Of a stretch of DNA of 64,000 nt, positions 8,751 through 20,078 are shown piece by piece. The first letter of the stretch is position 1. Every line of letters starts with the position of its first letter. This DNA is from Limnothrix sp. BL-A-16 (GTDB taxonomy: Bacteria; Cyanobacteriota; Cyanobacteriia; CACIAM-69d): positions 288,001 through 352,000 of the forward strand of contig CP166615.1 in assembly GCA_041937175.2 (NCBI GenBank), given 5' to 3'. Both the position numbers and the translations under genes were made by a program. The notes under the pieces are model-generated. The model ran no database searches. It had not been told where the DNA came from and was given only the letters and a program-made list of their open reading frames with translations.

Positions 8751-10481
8751 TTAAGAAGACGACAACCTTGGTTCTTGAGAAATAGTGTAGGTGGTTTGGA
8801 TAATTCCTTCCATGTTGTTACTTCGATCCAGACTATTACAATCAAGAGAACCCGGCGCAAGATGATTAGCTTCTGGATTTTGAAATTCCGGAAGTTCGCT
8901 CCAGTTTTGAGGTAAAGAAATATGAAAAGTGCTACCTTTTCCTAGTTCACTGGTAACCCAAATTTGTCCGCCATGTTGCTCCACAATCCGACGACAAAGA
9001 GTTAGGCTAACACCCAGTCCGCCACGCGATCGGGAGTCGGAGGAGTCTACTTGATAGAAGGGTTCAAAGATTTGCTCTAGGTCTGTGGGGGGAATGCCGC
9101 AGCCATGGTCAGTGATATGAAAAATCACATCCTGCGGCGAAACGGTGACCGCAAATCCTAAGACTGAGCCAGGCGATGAAAACTTGATGGCATTATCTAA
9201 AATGCGATCGAACAAATCTAAAATGGCATCGGGATCCGCCCAAACGGTTAGATCATCGGGAATTGAATAGGTAATGGATAAATTTTGAGCTTGTAATCGA
9301 TTGACCACGCGATCGTAGGCTCGATTGGCCAAGTCTTGAACCCAACAGCGTTGTTTGGCCAGGCTTTCGGTAGAGGCTAAATCGGCCAATCGCAACACCA
9401 CATCAATCGCTTGCCCCAGCCGTTCTGCACTGCGCAGGGCCACCGCAATTAATTGTTGTCCTTGCATGGATTGCAAATCACAACGCCCCGTGGCCAAAAG
9501 CTTAATTGCACCCTGCAAAGAACTGAAGGGGGTGCGTAACTCATGACTCACGATCGAGACAAATTCATCCTTCATCCGCTCGATCGCCTTGTATTGGGTA
9601 ATGTTGCGACACATCAGCCGCACACCATCACCCAACTTGCAGGCATCCACCCGAAACCAACTGTTCAATCGCCGATCGAACACCTCGCGCGATTGGTTCG
9701 CCTCCTCCGCCACCACCGGCAGCAACCAGGTGAATAACTCTTGGCTGGCCCTTGCCGCCTGCTCCACCTCCGACTCGCCCATCACCACCGGCTCCGCACT
9801 AAACGGCACGGCCGCCCGTGCTCCCGGATCCGTGCCATGGGCCAGCAAACTACGCTGGGCCAGCACCGCCGCCGAGCAGCCCGTTGCCCGCTCCGCCGCC
9901 GGATTCACCAACCGCCACTGGAAATTCACCACCCGATCGCGGTCATCACGCACCACCTGCAACACCGCGATCGCGTCCGGCGACAGGTTCAACACATCCA
10001 TCAAAAACGATTGGGAATCCGCTAGCCGCAACTCCGCCTGTTTCCGTTCGATTGCATAGCGCATCGATCGCACCAGCAGCGTGGGCGAAATTTCCCCCTT
10101 AATTAAATAGTCTTGGGCTCCCAACCGCAGGGCATCAACCCCCGCCTGCTCATCACCCGTTGCCGTCAACACCACCACGGGAATCGTGGGTTGGGCGGCC
10201 TGAAGTTGGCGCAGCGTCCCCAGCCCCACCGAATCCGGTAACGACAAATCCAGCAACGTCACATCAAAACGCTGCTGTCGAATGCAAACCAGCGCCTCTG
10301 CCAAGGTGCTCACCGCCACCAGATCAACCCCCGACAGCAAAAACTCCGCCTTCCGCAGCATGAGTTGCACAAGGCGAACGTCGATCGGGCTGTCTTCAAC
10401 CAGCAACACCCGTGGCGAAAACAGCGAGGTCGATTGGTTGAGCAAGGGATTGCCCTGAGATGCAGAATCAGAAAACGTCAT
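8751..10481 (-). CDS. Hybrid sensor histidine kinase (REC-PAS-HisKA-HATPase)
   Basis: LLVEDS/LLDLSLPD receiver, VSHELRTP H-box, DNAIKFS, DHGCGIP, IFEPFYQ, GKGSTF. ATG 10481 preferred over GTG 10523. Confidence 0.92.
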   Translation of the reverse strand: MTFSDSASQGNPLLNQSTSLFSPRVLLVEDSPIDVRLVQLMLRKAEFLLSGVDLVAVSTLAEALVCIRQQRFDVTLLDLSLPDSVGLGTLRQLQAAQPTIPVVVLTATGDEQAGVDALRLGAQDYLIKGEISPTLLVRSMRYAIERKQAELRLADSQSFLMDVLNLSPDAIAVLQVVRDDRDRVVNFQWRLVNPAAERATGCSAAVLAQRSLLAHGTDPGARAAVPFSAEPVVMGESEVEQAARASQELFTWLLPVVAEEANQSREVFDRRLNSWFRVDACKLGDGVRLMCRNITQYKAIERMKDEFVSIVSHELRTPFSSLQGAIKLLATGRCDLQSMQGQQLIAVALRSAERLGQAIDVVLRLADLASTESLAKQRCWVQDLANRAYDRVVNRLQAQNLSITYSIPDDLTVWADPDAILDLFDRILDNAIKFSSPGSVLGFAVTVSPQDVIFHITDHGCGIPPTDLEQIFEPFYQVDSSDSRSRGGLGVSLTLCRRIVEQHGGQIWVTSELGKGSTFHISLPQNWSELPEFQNPEANHLAPGSLDCNSLDRSNNMEGIIQTTYTISQEPRLSSS

Positions 10482-11929
10482 ACGCCCGACTGTTTGGGCC
10501 TGGTACAGCACTTGCAGAGCCACATAAGTTGCACAGAAGCAGCAGACAACATCGCTACCCGAAAAACTTTTGAATTTTAACTGTGATCGACAGGCTCCCT
10601 AGTTCATCTTATGCGTTCCCCTGAATTGTCCCCATCGTTTATTGCCTGACCCGCAATCCGATTCGTGATGGGAGCCACCCGATTCGCAATCGCCAAACCC
10701 TGGTTTCACCTTTCTTTCAGATTCAATTTTATTTGCAGAGGGAGATGAGATGCACCTGATCAGAGACAAATTTGAGCGTCTCCTGTCATCCAGCCACAGA
10801 GAATTGATTCGGTATTAACAGAGAAGTTAACAAAAATCTGATGAATGAAGCAGTTAAATCAAGTACTTTGGTCTGGAGGATAGAGGTAGCTCCAAATAAC
10901 AAATCGCTCCATGGCAATGTTTGAATTGCAACGGGATCGCGACATGATCATCAAGCCTTCAACTACACCCGCAATTACGACAGTGCAACCGCCATCGTTT
11001 ATACCATCATTACGCGAAGTTCCGTATTAGTCATCAGGGAAATACTGCACGCGGGGCCATGGTCGCTACTGGTTGTGGGCAGGTCACCCTCACTCAGTTT
11101 CCCCAAGCAACGGGCGGCTGGTAGCAATTGTCCAGTCTTCCCCTCCATTACAGCATTTGAACCCTCCCGCCGCTCGGGATCCGCTCGATCGCCCTGAAGT
11201 TCACCACCATCCGCCCCGATCGCTAATTCAGTGACCATCAGTCCATCCCAAAATAGTTTGATCTTAAAAGTTCTTTCAATAAATCACTTATGATAATTCT
11301 TATTGGGTATCTAATTGGATGTTTGACGAATTCTGATCCATCAGGATCTTGTCTGTATGTTGCTCGTGCTTGGGTTGCAAAATTTGCTCAACAGCCTTGG
11401 AAACCATCTCGAAAACTATTTGTCATGGAAATTGATCATTATTAAAAGAACTTAACTGAAATTTTGATTCAAAGCATCAATTTAAATTTGCAATATCAGA
11501 TTGCAATTTTTGATTTATATCAGCTTCTGGCTTATTCTTGTCAGCAAACTTGTTGTCAGCAAGCTTGCCAAAGATCAAAACTTGATGCAGCGCTATCAAT
11601 TCATGATTGACTAATTTTGAATGTGTTTGTTTTTGTGAGCTTTTTCAAAAAAGATGAAAAATCGCATCTTTTCAAGAAATTCTTGACAATCAATATCAAA
11701 ACAAAATTTAAAAAATTGCAAAAATATTCAAAATAATTTCATATTCTAAATTGAACATTGCTCGAAATTGCTTGATAAAGCTGAAGAGAGCTTGAGGTGT
11801 TCAGCTAATCTCAAAAATGCCTCATATACCTATGGAATTTCGCGCAATTCTCGACTTTTTCACCTTTTCTGCCTAGTCTGGCATTGAACAGCGGTGGATC
11901 CACGATACCTATTAGAGCGAGTTTGGATA

Positions 11930-13162
11930 ATGTTTCTCATTTCTGACTCAGAGTTATTACCCAGGGCGATCGACTTACCCGAACCAAACCCATCCGACTC
12001 CCCTTCCCCCGCTCTTGCAACAGCCTCTTTGCCCGCCCACGCACCTGCTAACCTACCCGCTAATTTGTCTGCAAATCTGCCCCCAAATTTGCCCCAAAGT
12101 TTACCCACAAGCAACCACCTCAATGTCAAAGATCATCTGAAAAATACCGCCAACACAAACAGCAATACCAACATCAACACCAACACCAGCGTTTCTCTGG
12201 GGTACGAATTGCGGGCCTCCCTCGCCTCAATTCACGGGGCCCTGCGACTGCTCACCAGGGATCAAGACTTGGTGACCGATCCCAACGCGCGGCGGCTGTT
12301 GCGAATTGCCATGTCTAATACGCATCGGTTGCTGAGTTTGGCCGTTGCGATCGAGGGCGAAACCCAACAACCCAACGTCCTTACAACCGCCGCGATCGAA
12401 CGCCTCAGGCTGGCCAACGAACTGCAAGGGGCGGCTGAGCGGGGAGAATTTGTGCTGGTTTACCAACCCGTGATTTGCTTAGGCAGCGGGCGCACCGTGG
12501 GCTTGGAAGCGTTGGTGCGCTGGGAACATCCCTCCCGAGGATTGATGCAGCCCAATAGTTTCATCGCGATCGCCGAAAGTAGCGGTTTCATTGCTGAATT
12601 GGGCCTGTGGGTCATTCGGGAAGCCTGCACCCAGCTTCGTCACTGGCAACTAACGGGGATGATTGACTCAAATTTGTGGGTTAGCGTGAACCTCTCCCCC
12701 TGCCAATTGTTGGAACCGAACCTGCTGGGGCAGTGTGAGGCCATCTTGCGCGAAACAGAATTACCCCCCCACTGTTTGCACCTGGAGCTAACGGAATCCG
12801 TTGCTTTGGACTTGGGCATGGATGTGCTGGCAATTTTGCGAGGATTCCGGCAACTGGGCATTGCGATCTATGTGGATGACTTCGGCACGGGCTATTCCTC
12901 CTTGGCCCGACTCCATGAGTTCCCGATCGATGCGCTAAAGATCGATCGCTCATTCATCCTGCGGGAGCAGTGGGAAATTGTGCGGATGATTGCGCTTTTG
13001 GCCGATCACCTGGGGATTCAAATTGTGGCCGAGGGGATTGAGTCGGTACACCATCTGCACACACTCCAAGGCTTGGGGTGTCAGATGGCCCAAGGATTTT
13101 TAATTTCGCGCCCTTTGGATGCGGCGGCGGTGATTGACTTCATTCAAGATCTGGACTCCTAG
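11930..13162 (+). CDS. EAL-domain c-di-GMP phosphodiesterase with degenerate N-terminal HisKA-like segment
   Basis: [35 protein letters not shown] and EGIE are all intact; upstream GYELRASLASIHGALRLL. Start ATG 11930 or GTG 11894. Confidence 0.9.
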   Translation: MFLISDSELLPRAIDLPEPNPSDSPSPALATASLPAHAPANLPANLSANLPPNLPQSLPTSNHLNVKDHLKNTANTNSNTNINTNTSVSLGYELRASLASIHGALRLLTRDQDLVTDPNARRLLRIAMSNTHRLLSLAVAIEGETQQPNVLTTAAIERLRLANELQGAAERGEFVLVYQPVICLGSGRTVGLEALVRWEHPSRGLMQPNSFIAIAESSGFIAELGLWVIREACTQLRHWQLTGMIDSNLWVSVNLSPCQLLEPNLLGQCEAILRETELPPHCLHLELTESVALDLGMDVLAILRGFRQLGIAIYVDDFGTGYSSLARLHEFPIDALKIDRSFILREQWEIVRMIALLADHLGIQIVAEGIESVHHLHTLQGLGCQMAQGFLISRPLDAAAVIDFIQDLDS

Positions 13163-13246
13163 GGAATCGCAACTTGATGAATCGAGTCACTCATTAGCCA
13201 ACTTAACGATCAACGCATATAGCTAGATTTGTCTAAAAACCGAATA

Positions 13247-13295
13247 GCCAGCAGCGGCTAATTGTCCATGGGGTCGTTCTTTAGCCGTTGTTGGC
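13247..13295 (+). terminator. Stem-loop downstream of the EAL gene
   Basis: GCCAGCAGCGGCTAA...TTAGCCGTTGTTGGC, 15-bp stem with two G-U pairs; no strong U-tract. Confidence 0.45.
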
Positions 13296-14158
13296 AAGTT
13301 CACCAGTTACAAATTTACGGATTATGAGTCCATCATTCAAGGCTGTCGGTTTGGAAGCATAAACACAGCTCCAGCAGCTATTACAAGCCCAATTATTGAA
13401 ACTGTGCACTAGATCACATCCATGATCGTCACTTAGCTCCTAATATAGCTACCGTTTATGGAATTGCTGTTCAGCCCTGTTGCAATCACGAAGGCAAAAC
13501 CACTGCCTAACCTAGCGATCTTTGAACTTGCGAATTGAGTGCTGTTCCCCTTCCAAATTTTCACTACTGGGCTATTTGCCAACCCCTTAAGCGTCTTGCA
13601 TCAAGTCTGAACACCAACCTAGTCATTGCTCAGCCGAGAGATTAATCCAGAATTCAAACCGAAAACCCTATTGGACAAGAGTCAAAATTGGTTTGAATTC
13701 AGTATTAACACTTAATGATCGAGAGTTGAAATGATCGCTCTTGGCATAAACCTGGCTGAGTCATAGGCTCCGTAGCTGATGGGTGTTAATTGTCACATGC
13801 TAGCAACCAATTAGTTGAACGATCGATCATCCTTTCCGAGTTTTTCACGATTTTTTCCTAAAATCCTGTTCGCAACTTGGGAGTGTTTCTGCAAAATCGA
13901 CAATGCTTCTAATCAACTCTAAATGAGGAAAAAGGCTGATCAACGGATGCCTGAAAATGCTTGAAAATCATGTAATTATTTACCAAATCTTAAAGAACCA
14001 GAATGCAAATCGACTACTGAGTTAGTTTCAAGATTGATCATAAGAGTAAATTCATGGGCTGTAAATAAGCTCTGAAAAACCCTGAGAAATTCTGAGATTG
14101 CTCTGGCGATCGATAGGTCAAGAGGGATGCACATTACTGAAGTCACCTAAGATTTTCA

Positions 14159-15502
14159 GTGGCCGTCCCCCGGATGCAAGTCACTCCTATGAACACAGGC
14201 GCAGTTGCGAGGCACGCTATGTCAAACCAAGTTGTCGGTCTGCTATCCCTCGCGCGGGCCATCGCCCAGGTGAACCACAATCAGGTGTCTGGAACATTGA
14301 TGGTTCGGCAGGGGCAAATCCATTGGCGGCTGGAGTTTCATCAGGGCAAGTTGGTTTGCACCACGGGCAGTGATCATCGGGTGCGGCGTTGGCGACGCGC
14401 TCTGATGGGGCAACAGATTGAGCCGGCGGAATTAACGGCGGGGCAGCCTCCGACTTCTTACGATCCTTGGGAATATGCGCTGGTGAGTCGGGCGGTGATG
14501 ACAGGCCAGCTAGATAACGGCAAGGCGGAGCATGTGTTGGCGGCGCTGACGCTGGAGGCGCTGACGCAAATTGCGACCGATGCAACGATCCGGATGACTT
14601 GGGAGGCGCGATCGAATCGATTGCTAGACTGTGCGGCGGTCAGTTCGGGACTGCATTTGCCGGGCGATCGGCTGCAACAATTGCTGAAGGATGCGCGGGA
14701 CTTGAGCCAATTGTTGCCGAGTGACCGACCAGTCCACGCTTGGATCGATCGGGGGCTGTCGTTGGATGCCGGCATTGAGCTGGATGATAGCCGTCAGCAC
14801 ACTGCCCTGAGCTTGCAACCGCTGTTTAATGGTCGGCGCACCTTTTGGGATTTGGCCCTGAAGTTAAACCAATCCCCTGCCATGACGGCTCGGATGCTGG
14901 GTTACTTTTTCCGGCAGCAGTTGCTGACCTTTCAGGTGTTGCCGGATTTGGAGTTTCACCCCATGCTCTCATCCACGGGTTACGCCACCCCAGCCACCAA
15001 AACTGAACCACCCCTAGTGGTTTGCATTGATGACAGCATGGTGGTGCTGCAACGGCTGGAACGAATTGTGACCCAGGCGGGCTATCGGTTCTGTGGAATG
15101 CGGGACTCGGTGCAGGCGCTGACGCAGTTGATTGAGCTGAAGCCGGATTTGATCCTGCTGGATGTGGTGATGCCGGTGGTGAATGGCTATGAAATTTGTG
15201 CGCAAATTCGGCGGGTGAAGGCCCTGGAGCATACCCCGATCGTGATTTTGACCGGGCATGATGGCACGATCGATCGGGTGCGGGCCAAGTTGGCGCGGGC
15301 TTCCGAGTTTCTCTCGAAGGTTTCCGATAGCAGGCAAATTCTGGCGACGTTGGAGCGGCACTTGCCGAGCCACAATTCCACCCGCCCACATCCACCACAT
15401 CCAGATCCGGCCCTGCCCGGTCGCACTGCCAATGGGCAAGATCAGGGGGCTGGCTTCAGCGTGAATTCATCCCCCAGCGCGTTCAAGTCTGCTTTGGCCT
15501 GA
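14159..15502 (+). CDS. PatA-type response regulator (PATAN/DUF4388 plus C-terminal REC)
   Basis: SGTLMVRQGQIHWRLEFHQGKL...HRVRRWRR, VVCIDDS, LLDVVMPVVNGYEIC, DRVRAKL; start uncertain. Confidence 0.88.
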   Translation: MAVPRMQVTPMNTGAVARHAMSNQVVGLLSLARAIAQVNHNQVSGTLMVRQGQIHWRLEFHQGKLVCTTGSDHRVRRWRRALMGQQIEPAELTAGQPPTSYDPWEYALVSRAVMTGQLDNGKAEHVLAALTLEALTQIATDATIRMTWEARSNRLLDCAAVSSGLHLPGDRLQQLLKDARDLSQLLPSDRPVHAWIDRGLSLDAGIELDDSRQHTALSLQPLFNGRRTFWDLALKLNQSPAMTARMLGYFFRQQLLTFQVLPDLEFHPMLSSTGYATPATKTEPPLVVCIDDSMVVLQRLERIVTQAGYRFCGMRDSVQALTQLIELKPDLILLDVVMPVVNGYEICAQIRRVKALEHTPIVILTGHDGTIDRVRAKLARASEFLSKVSDSRQILATLERHLPSHNSTRPHPPHPDPALPGRTANGQDQGAGFSVNSSPSAFKSALA

Positions 15503-15749
15503 GAGGATCTTGAAGAGGATGGCGAAAAAGCCAAACTTGGATCAGCCCCATAGCCCAATATTCATTCCAGATTCATTCCAGATCCATCCCAGTATGAATC
15601 CGGCGGGTGAATGGTTTCTGTTGCGCCCGAATTTGCCAAGATGCGCCCAAAGTGGTTCCCCGATTTGGTTGCTGGGGGTATGATTCCGGCATCGGTGGCC
15701 TTCAGGATGAGTGATCAGTGAGCGATCGACTAGCCATGCATGAGATCTC

Positions 15750-16097
15750 ATGAGCCATCAGCTGTCATTCAACGCGTCATTCAACGCCCGTCCCTTGTCT
15801 CATCCTCTGCCCCATCATTTGATTTTGTATAGCAAGCCCGGTTGCCATCTCTGTGAGGGATTGCAGGAAAAGTTGGAAATGGTGAACCTGTCGAGCGATC
15901 TGCGCCTCACGATCGAGCTGCGGGACATCACCACCAACGATCGCTGGTTTGCCGCGTTTCAATCCGAAATTCCGGTGTTGCGTTGGCTGGCGGATGGGGA
16001 ATCTGAATTGCCGATTCCGCGGCCGTCGCCCCGCTGTTCGGTGGTTCAGCTCGAACAACACCTCCGGAAAGCCTTTGCCACAATTGAGCCATCCTAG
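15750..16097 (+). CDS. Glutaredoxin-like (DUF836) protein
   Basis: LILYSKPGCHLCEGL, RDIT, EIPVL. Confidence 0.88.
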   Translation: MSHQLSFNASFNARPLSHPLPHHLILYSKPGCHLCEGLQEKLEMVNLSSDLRLTIELRDITTNDRWFAAFQSEIPVLRWLADGESELPIPRPSPRCSVVQLEQHLRKAFATIEPS

Positions 16098-16112
16098 GAG
16101 AGGCAACCGCCC

Positions 16113-17648
16113 ATGGAACCCATGACTTTGCGCGAACTGCTGGCCAGCGTCTCCACAGAACTGGTGATTCCCGACCATCCGGCACTCGATCGCCCAGTGA
16201 AGGGGCTGACGACCAATTCCCAAGCTTGCCAACCGGGCGACCTGTTCATTGGTCTGCCGGGGACTCGGGTTGATGGCGGTGAATTTTGGCCCAACGCGAT
16301 CGAGTCAGGGGCGATCGCGGCGGTGGTGTCGTCGGCCATTGCCGCCGCCCAGCCAACCCAGCCGGCCGGGCCTTGCCTGATTGGGGCGATGGATGTGGTG
16401 GGGGCCTGTGCAGATTTGGCGGCGGCGTTCCATGGCCACCCAACCCAGCAGTTGCAATTGGTGGGGGTGACGGGCACCAATGGCAAAACCACCACCACGC
16501 AATTGATTGAGTTTTTGTTGAAGACAGCCGATCGCCCCACGGCGCTGCTGGGCACGTTGGTGGTGCGTTGGCCGGGCTTTGAGCAAACGGCCGTCCATAC
16601 CACGCCCTTTGCGGTGGAGTTGCAAGAGCAGTTGGCCAATGCTCGATCGGCTGGGGCAGACTATGCCGTGATGGAAGTTAGCTCCCATGCCCTGGCCCAA
16701 CGGCGGGTGCAAGGTTGTGAATTTCAGGTGGCGGTTTTCACCAACCTGACGCAGGATCACCTGGACTTCCACAACACGATGGAAGATTATTTTGCGGCGA
16801 AGTCCCTGCTCTTCCAGCCCAATTACTTGCGGGGCCGGGCGATCGTCAACCTTGATGATCCCTATGGGGCGGCCCTCGCAGCTCAGCTCGATACCGATCG
16901 CTGCTGGTGCTATAGCATTGACGATTCCGCAGCCGATTTTTATCTGAGTGATTTGAGCTACGGCCTCGATGGGGTCAGCGGCACGCTGCACACACCGGCC
17001 GGCGAGATCGCGTTTCGATCGCCCCTGGTGGGTCAATTCAACCTGCAAAACTGGCTGGCCGCCGCTGCTGCCGGGTTGCACTTGGGCTTGGATCTGTCGG
17101 CCATGGTGCAGGCCCTGGCTCAATTCCCCGGTGTGCCAGGCCGAATGCAGCTAGTTCAAGTGACCGATACGCCCTTGCCCCAGGACATTAGCGCGATCGT
17201 GGACTATGCCCACACGCCCGACAGCTTGGACAATGCCCTGCGGGCGGCCCGTCCGTTTGTGCAAGGGCGCTTGATTTGTGTGTTTGGTTGTGGGGGCGAT
17301 CGCGATCGCACCAAACGGCCCATCATGGGCGGCATTGCGGCCCAGGAGTCCGACTGGGCGATCGTCACTTCCGACAACCCCCGCACCGAAAATCCCCAGC
17401 GAATTTTGAACGATGTGGTGGCCGGAATTCCCGCCGCTGCGAACTACACCGTGGAGGGCGATCGCGCCAAGGCGATCCAACGGGCCATCCTGGAAGCCCA
17501 ACCCGGCGATTGTGTCCTAATTGCGGGCAAAGGCCACGAAGACTACCAAATCCTAGGCACTGAAAAGGTGCATTTTGACGATCGGGAACAGGCCGAAGCG
17601 GCCCTGCGCCTGCGATTGCAAGCAACCATCGCCACTAATGCAAATTAA
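16113..17648 (+). CDS. murE: UDP-N-acetylmuramoyl-L-alanyl-D-glutamate--2,6-diaminopimelate ligase
   Basis: GVTGTNGKTT, HTTP, MEVSSH, DHLDFH, VDYAHTPD, DNPR, AGKGHE. Confidence 0.97.
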   Translation: MEPMTLRELLASVSTELVIPDHPALDRPVKGLTTNSQACQPGDLFIGLPGTRVDGGEFWPNAIESGAIAAVVSSAIAAAQPTQPAGPCLIGAMDVVGACADLAAAFHGHPTQQLQLVGVTGTNGKTTTTQLIEFLLKTADRPTALLGTLVVRWPGFEQTAVHTTPFAVELQEQLANARSAGADYAVMEVSSHALAQRRVQGCEFQVAVFTNLTQDHLDFHNTMEDYFAAKSLLFQPNYLRGRAIVNLDDPYGAALAAQLDTDRCWCYSIDDSAADFYLSDLSYGLDGVSGTLHTPAGEIAFRSPLVGQFNLQNWLAAAAAGLHLGLDLSAMVQALAQFPGVPGRMQLVQVTDTPLPQDISAIVDYAHTPDSLDNALRAARPFVQGRLICVFGCGGDRDRTKRPIMGGIAAQESDWAIVTSDNPRTENPQRILNDVVAGIPAAANYTVEGDRAKAIQRAILEAQPGDCVLIAGKGHEDYQILGTEKVHFDDREQAEAALRLRLQATIATNAN

Positions 17649-17855
17649 TGCAAACTGAAGCAGGCTGAAGCATCTGGATCGGACTTCATGGGGTTCAGCG
17701 ATCGAAAAATCAGGGTCGCATCCCAAGCTCCGACCCCGCCCGCCCGCGATCCATGGGTCAGGTCTGTTAAAAACTGTTAAATCTCATCCCTGAGCGCCCC
17801 CGTTTGGATTTGCCCGTGATTCTGTGGAAGATTGATACCGTTTCTGCGAAATTGC

Positions 17856-19781
17856 GTGAGATTCCTGCTAGTTGAAGATGACCCAGCCATTTCCCACACG
17901 CTCGGCGCGGCCCTGGCGGAGCAGTTCTACGTGGTGGATGTGGCTGAGGATGGGCAAGAGGGATTGGACTATACCCGATCGTTTACCTACGACTTGATTA
18001 TTCTGGATGTGACCCTGCCCCGACTGGATGGCCTGAGTCTTTGTCGCCACCTGCGGCGAGAAAAATATACGGGTCCCATTTTGCTGTTGACCGCCAAGGG
18101 CGAAACCGAAGACAAGGTAAAGGGTCTGGATGCCGGGGCCGATGATTATGTGGTCAAGCCTTGCACCGTCCAAGAACTGATGGCGCGGGTGCGGGCCCTG
18201 TTGCGCCGCCAGCGATCGACCGATGCGCCCGTGTTGGAATGGGGGCCCCTGCGTTTGGATCCGAGCGCCGGTCAAGTGACCTATAGCAATCGCCCCATCA
18301 ACCTCAGCCCCAAGGAATACAGCCTCCTGGAATTGTTTTTGCGCCATCCCCGGCGGCTGTTTTCCCGCAACGCCATCCTCGAACACCTGTGGTCTGTGGG
18401 CGATTTTCCCGGTGAAGAAACCGTCAAAGCCCACATCAAAGGCGTGCGACGCAAGTTGGCCCTGGTGGGAGCGCGGGATCTGATTGAAACGGTCTATGGC
18501 ATGGGCTATCGGCTGCGGCCCGGGAGCGCTCAGGTGCCGGAACCCCAGGATGGGGATGTGTCTCTACGGTTGCGATCGGCCCTCGATCGGGCATGGGAAC
18601 GCTTTGAGGGAATGATCTATGAGCGGTTGGAGTCCTTGGAGCGAGTAACGGCCGGCATCGGAGCCGATCGACTCTGCGAGGTCGATCGGCTCCGGGCCCT
18701 GGAAGATGCCCACAAACTGATCGGCTCCTTGGGGCCATTTGGATTGGTGCGCGGCTCCCAACTGGCCCGCGCCATTGAAGAACAACTGCAACAACTGCAA
18801 CCCTACGCCCAAGATCCCTATAGCCCCAGTGGTTTCGACCCCGCCGCCAATCCAGTCGCTACCCATCCAACGGCCACCAATCGCCACAGCATCCTGCAAC
18901 TAGCTCACCAAACTCTGATTTCCCTAGTGGGCGATCTGCGTCGCGAAATCCAAAGCCGCCAGCAGATCGAACACAATCGCCTACGGCTGGTTTATTTGGG
19001 CAACAACAGCCGCTGGTCTCAGGCCCTGGCCGCCGCCATTGCCCAAGAAGGGGCCCTGATTGACCTGGCGCTGCCCAGTTCTCCTACCACTTGGCTCACG
19101 CAACCTGCCACCGCCTTGCCCAGTGTGGTAATTATGGATTGGAGCGATCCGGAGCGGGCCGATTTTCTGGCGGTATTGCCCAGCTTGCGCCAGCGCCAAC
19201 CAGCCCTGATCGCGATCGCCCTGATGGAGCAGTCTGACCCCAACGATCTACTGCAATTTGCGAATGAAGGCTGGGATACCGATTGGGCAGTCGATCGCCC
19301 GATCACGCCCCTGATCCAAGCCCTCAGTCAATACCAAACCGAACAACGCATTGGGGGCAATCTGCGAATTCTGGCCATTGGCCTGTCTAACAACGCCAAC
19401 AACCTGGTAAGGCGCTGTTGCCAGCAACAACAATGGACACTGGCCGCCGTTTCCCAACCCCAACGAGTCAGCGCCAGCATGGCCGCCAGTCGGCCGGATC
19501 TCATTTTGCTGGCGGCCGATAGCAGTCCCTGGGAAGGCGCTTTATGGACGAGGGCCCTCCGCAGCGAGGGATTTGGCGGGCGACGCATCCCGGTGATTGT
19601 GTTTGCCTCCGAAGCCTCGCCCCAAACCCTCGATCAGCTCTACCAGGCCGGGGCAACTGCCTGTATCCTAGAGCTTCCGAGTGCTGAGGAATTGGCGGAT
19701 AGTTTGCAACATCAGCTCATCCGAGCCAGCCGATCGGAATTGTTCAATGGCCGAGCTACCAAACCAGCCAGTAAATATTAG
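17856..19781 (+). CDS. Multi-domain OmpR-family regulator (REC-wHTH-Hpt-two degenerate REC), RcaC-like architecture
   Basis: LLVEDD, GADDYVVKP, LSPKEY, IETVYGMGY, AHKLIGSLG (Hpt His); GTG start at 17856. Confidence 0.88.
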   Translation: MRFLLVEDDPAISHTLGAALAEQFYVVDVAEDGQEGLDYTRSFTYDLIILDVTLPRLDGLSLCRHLRREKYTGPILLLTAKGETEDKVKGLDAGADDYVVKPCTVQELMARVRALLRRQRSTDAPVLEWGPLRLDPSAGQVTYSNRPINLSPKEYSLLELFLRHPRRLFSRNAILEHLWSVGDFPGEETVKAHIKGVRRKLALVGARDLIETVYGMGYRLRPGSAQVPEPQDGDVSLRLRSALDRAWERFEGMIYERLESLERVTAGIGADRLCEVDRLRALEDAHKLIGSLGPFGLVRGSQLARAIEEQLQQLQPYAQDPYSPSGFDPAANPVATHPTATNRHSILQLAHQTLISLVGDLRREIQSRQQIEHNRLRLVYLGNNSRWSQALAAAIAQEGALIDLALPSSPTTWLTQPATALPSVVIMDWSDPERADFLAVLPSLRQRQPALIAIALMEQSDPNDLLQFANEGWDTDWAVDRPITPLIQALSQYQTEQRIGGNLRILAIGLSNNANNLVRRCCQQQQWTLAAVSQPQRVSASMAASRPDLILLAADSSPWEGALWTRALRSEGFGGRRIPVIVFASEASPQTLDQLYQAGATACILELPSAEELADSLQHQLIRASRSELFNGRATKPASKY

Positions 19782-20078
19782 TTAAATCAACGAATTTAGC
19801 TGAATTTAGCTGAATTTAACTAATTTGCTCAACTGATTAATGTAATGGATCAGTTGAATTGATTGGCTGAACGAGTTGGCTGGATTAATTGGCTGAACTA
19901 ACGGCACTGCTGGAACTCCCCAAGTCAGTTAAATTGCTTGATTGAAACTGTCTGATTGAATCCGATGGCACTCGGTTGAACTTGCAGAGTGGGCATGGCT
20001 CCTCAAGTCATACGGAGAAGACCCACAATTCATATTTTCCTCAATTTTCCTCAATTCATATTTTCCTCTCCATCTCCT

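Noticed and set aside
10999..11238. 79-aa minus-strand ORF
   Set aside because: No recognisable motif or ribosome-binding context.
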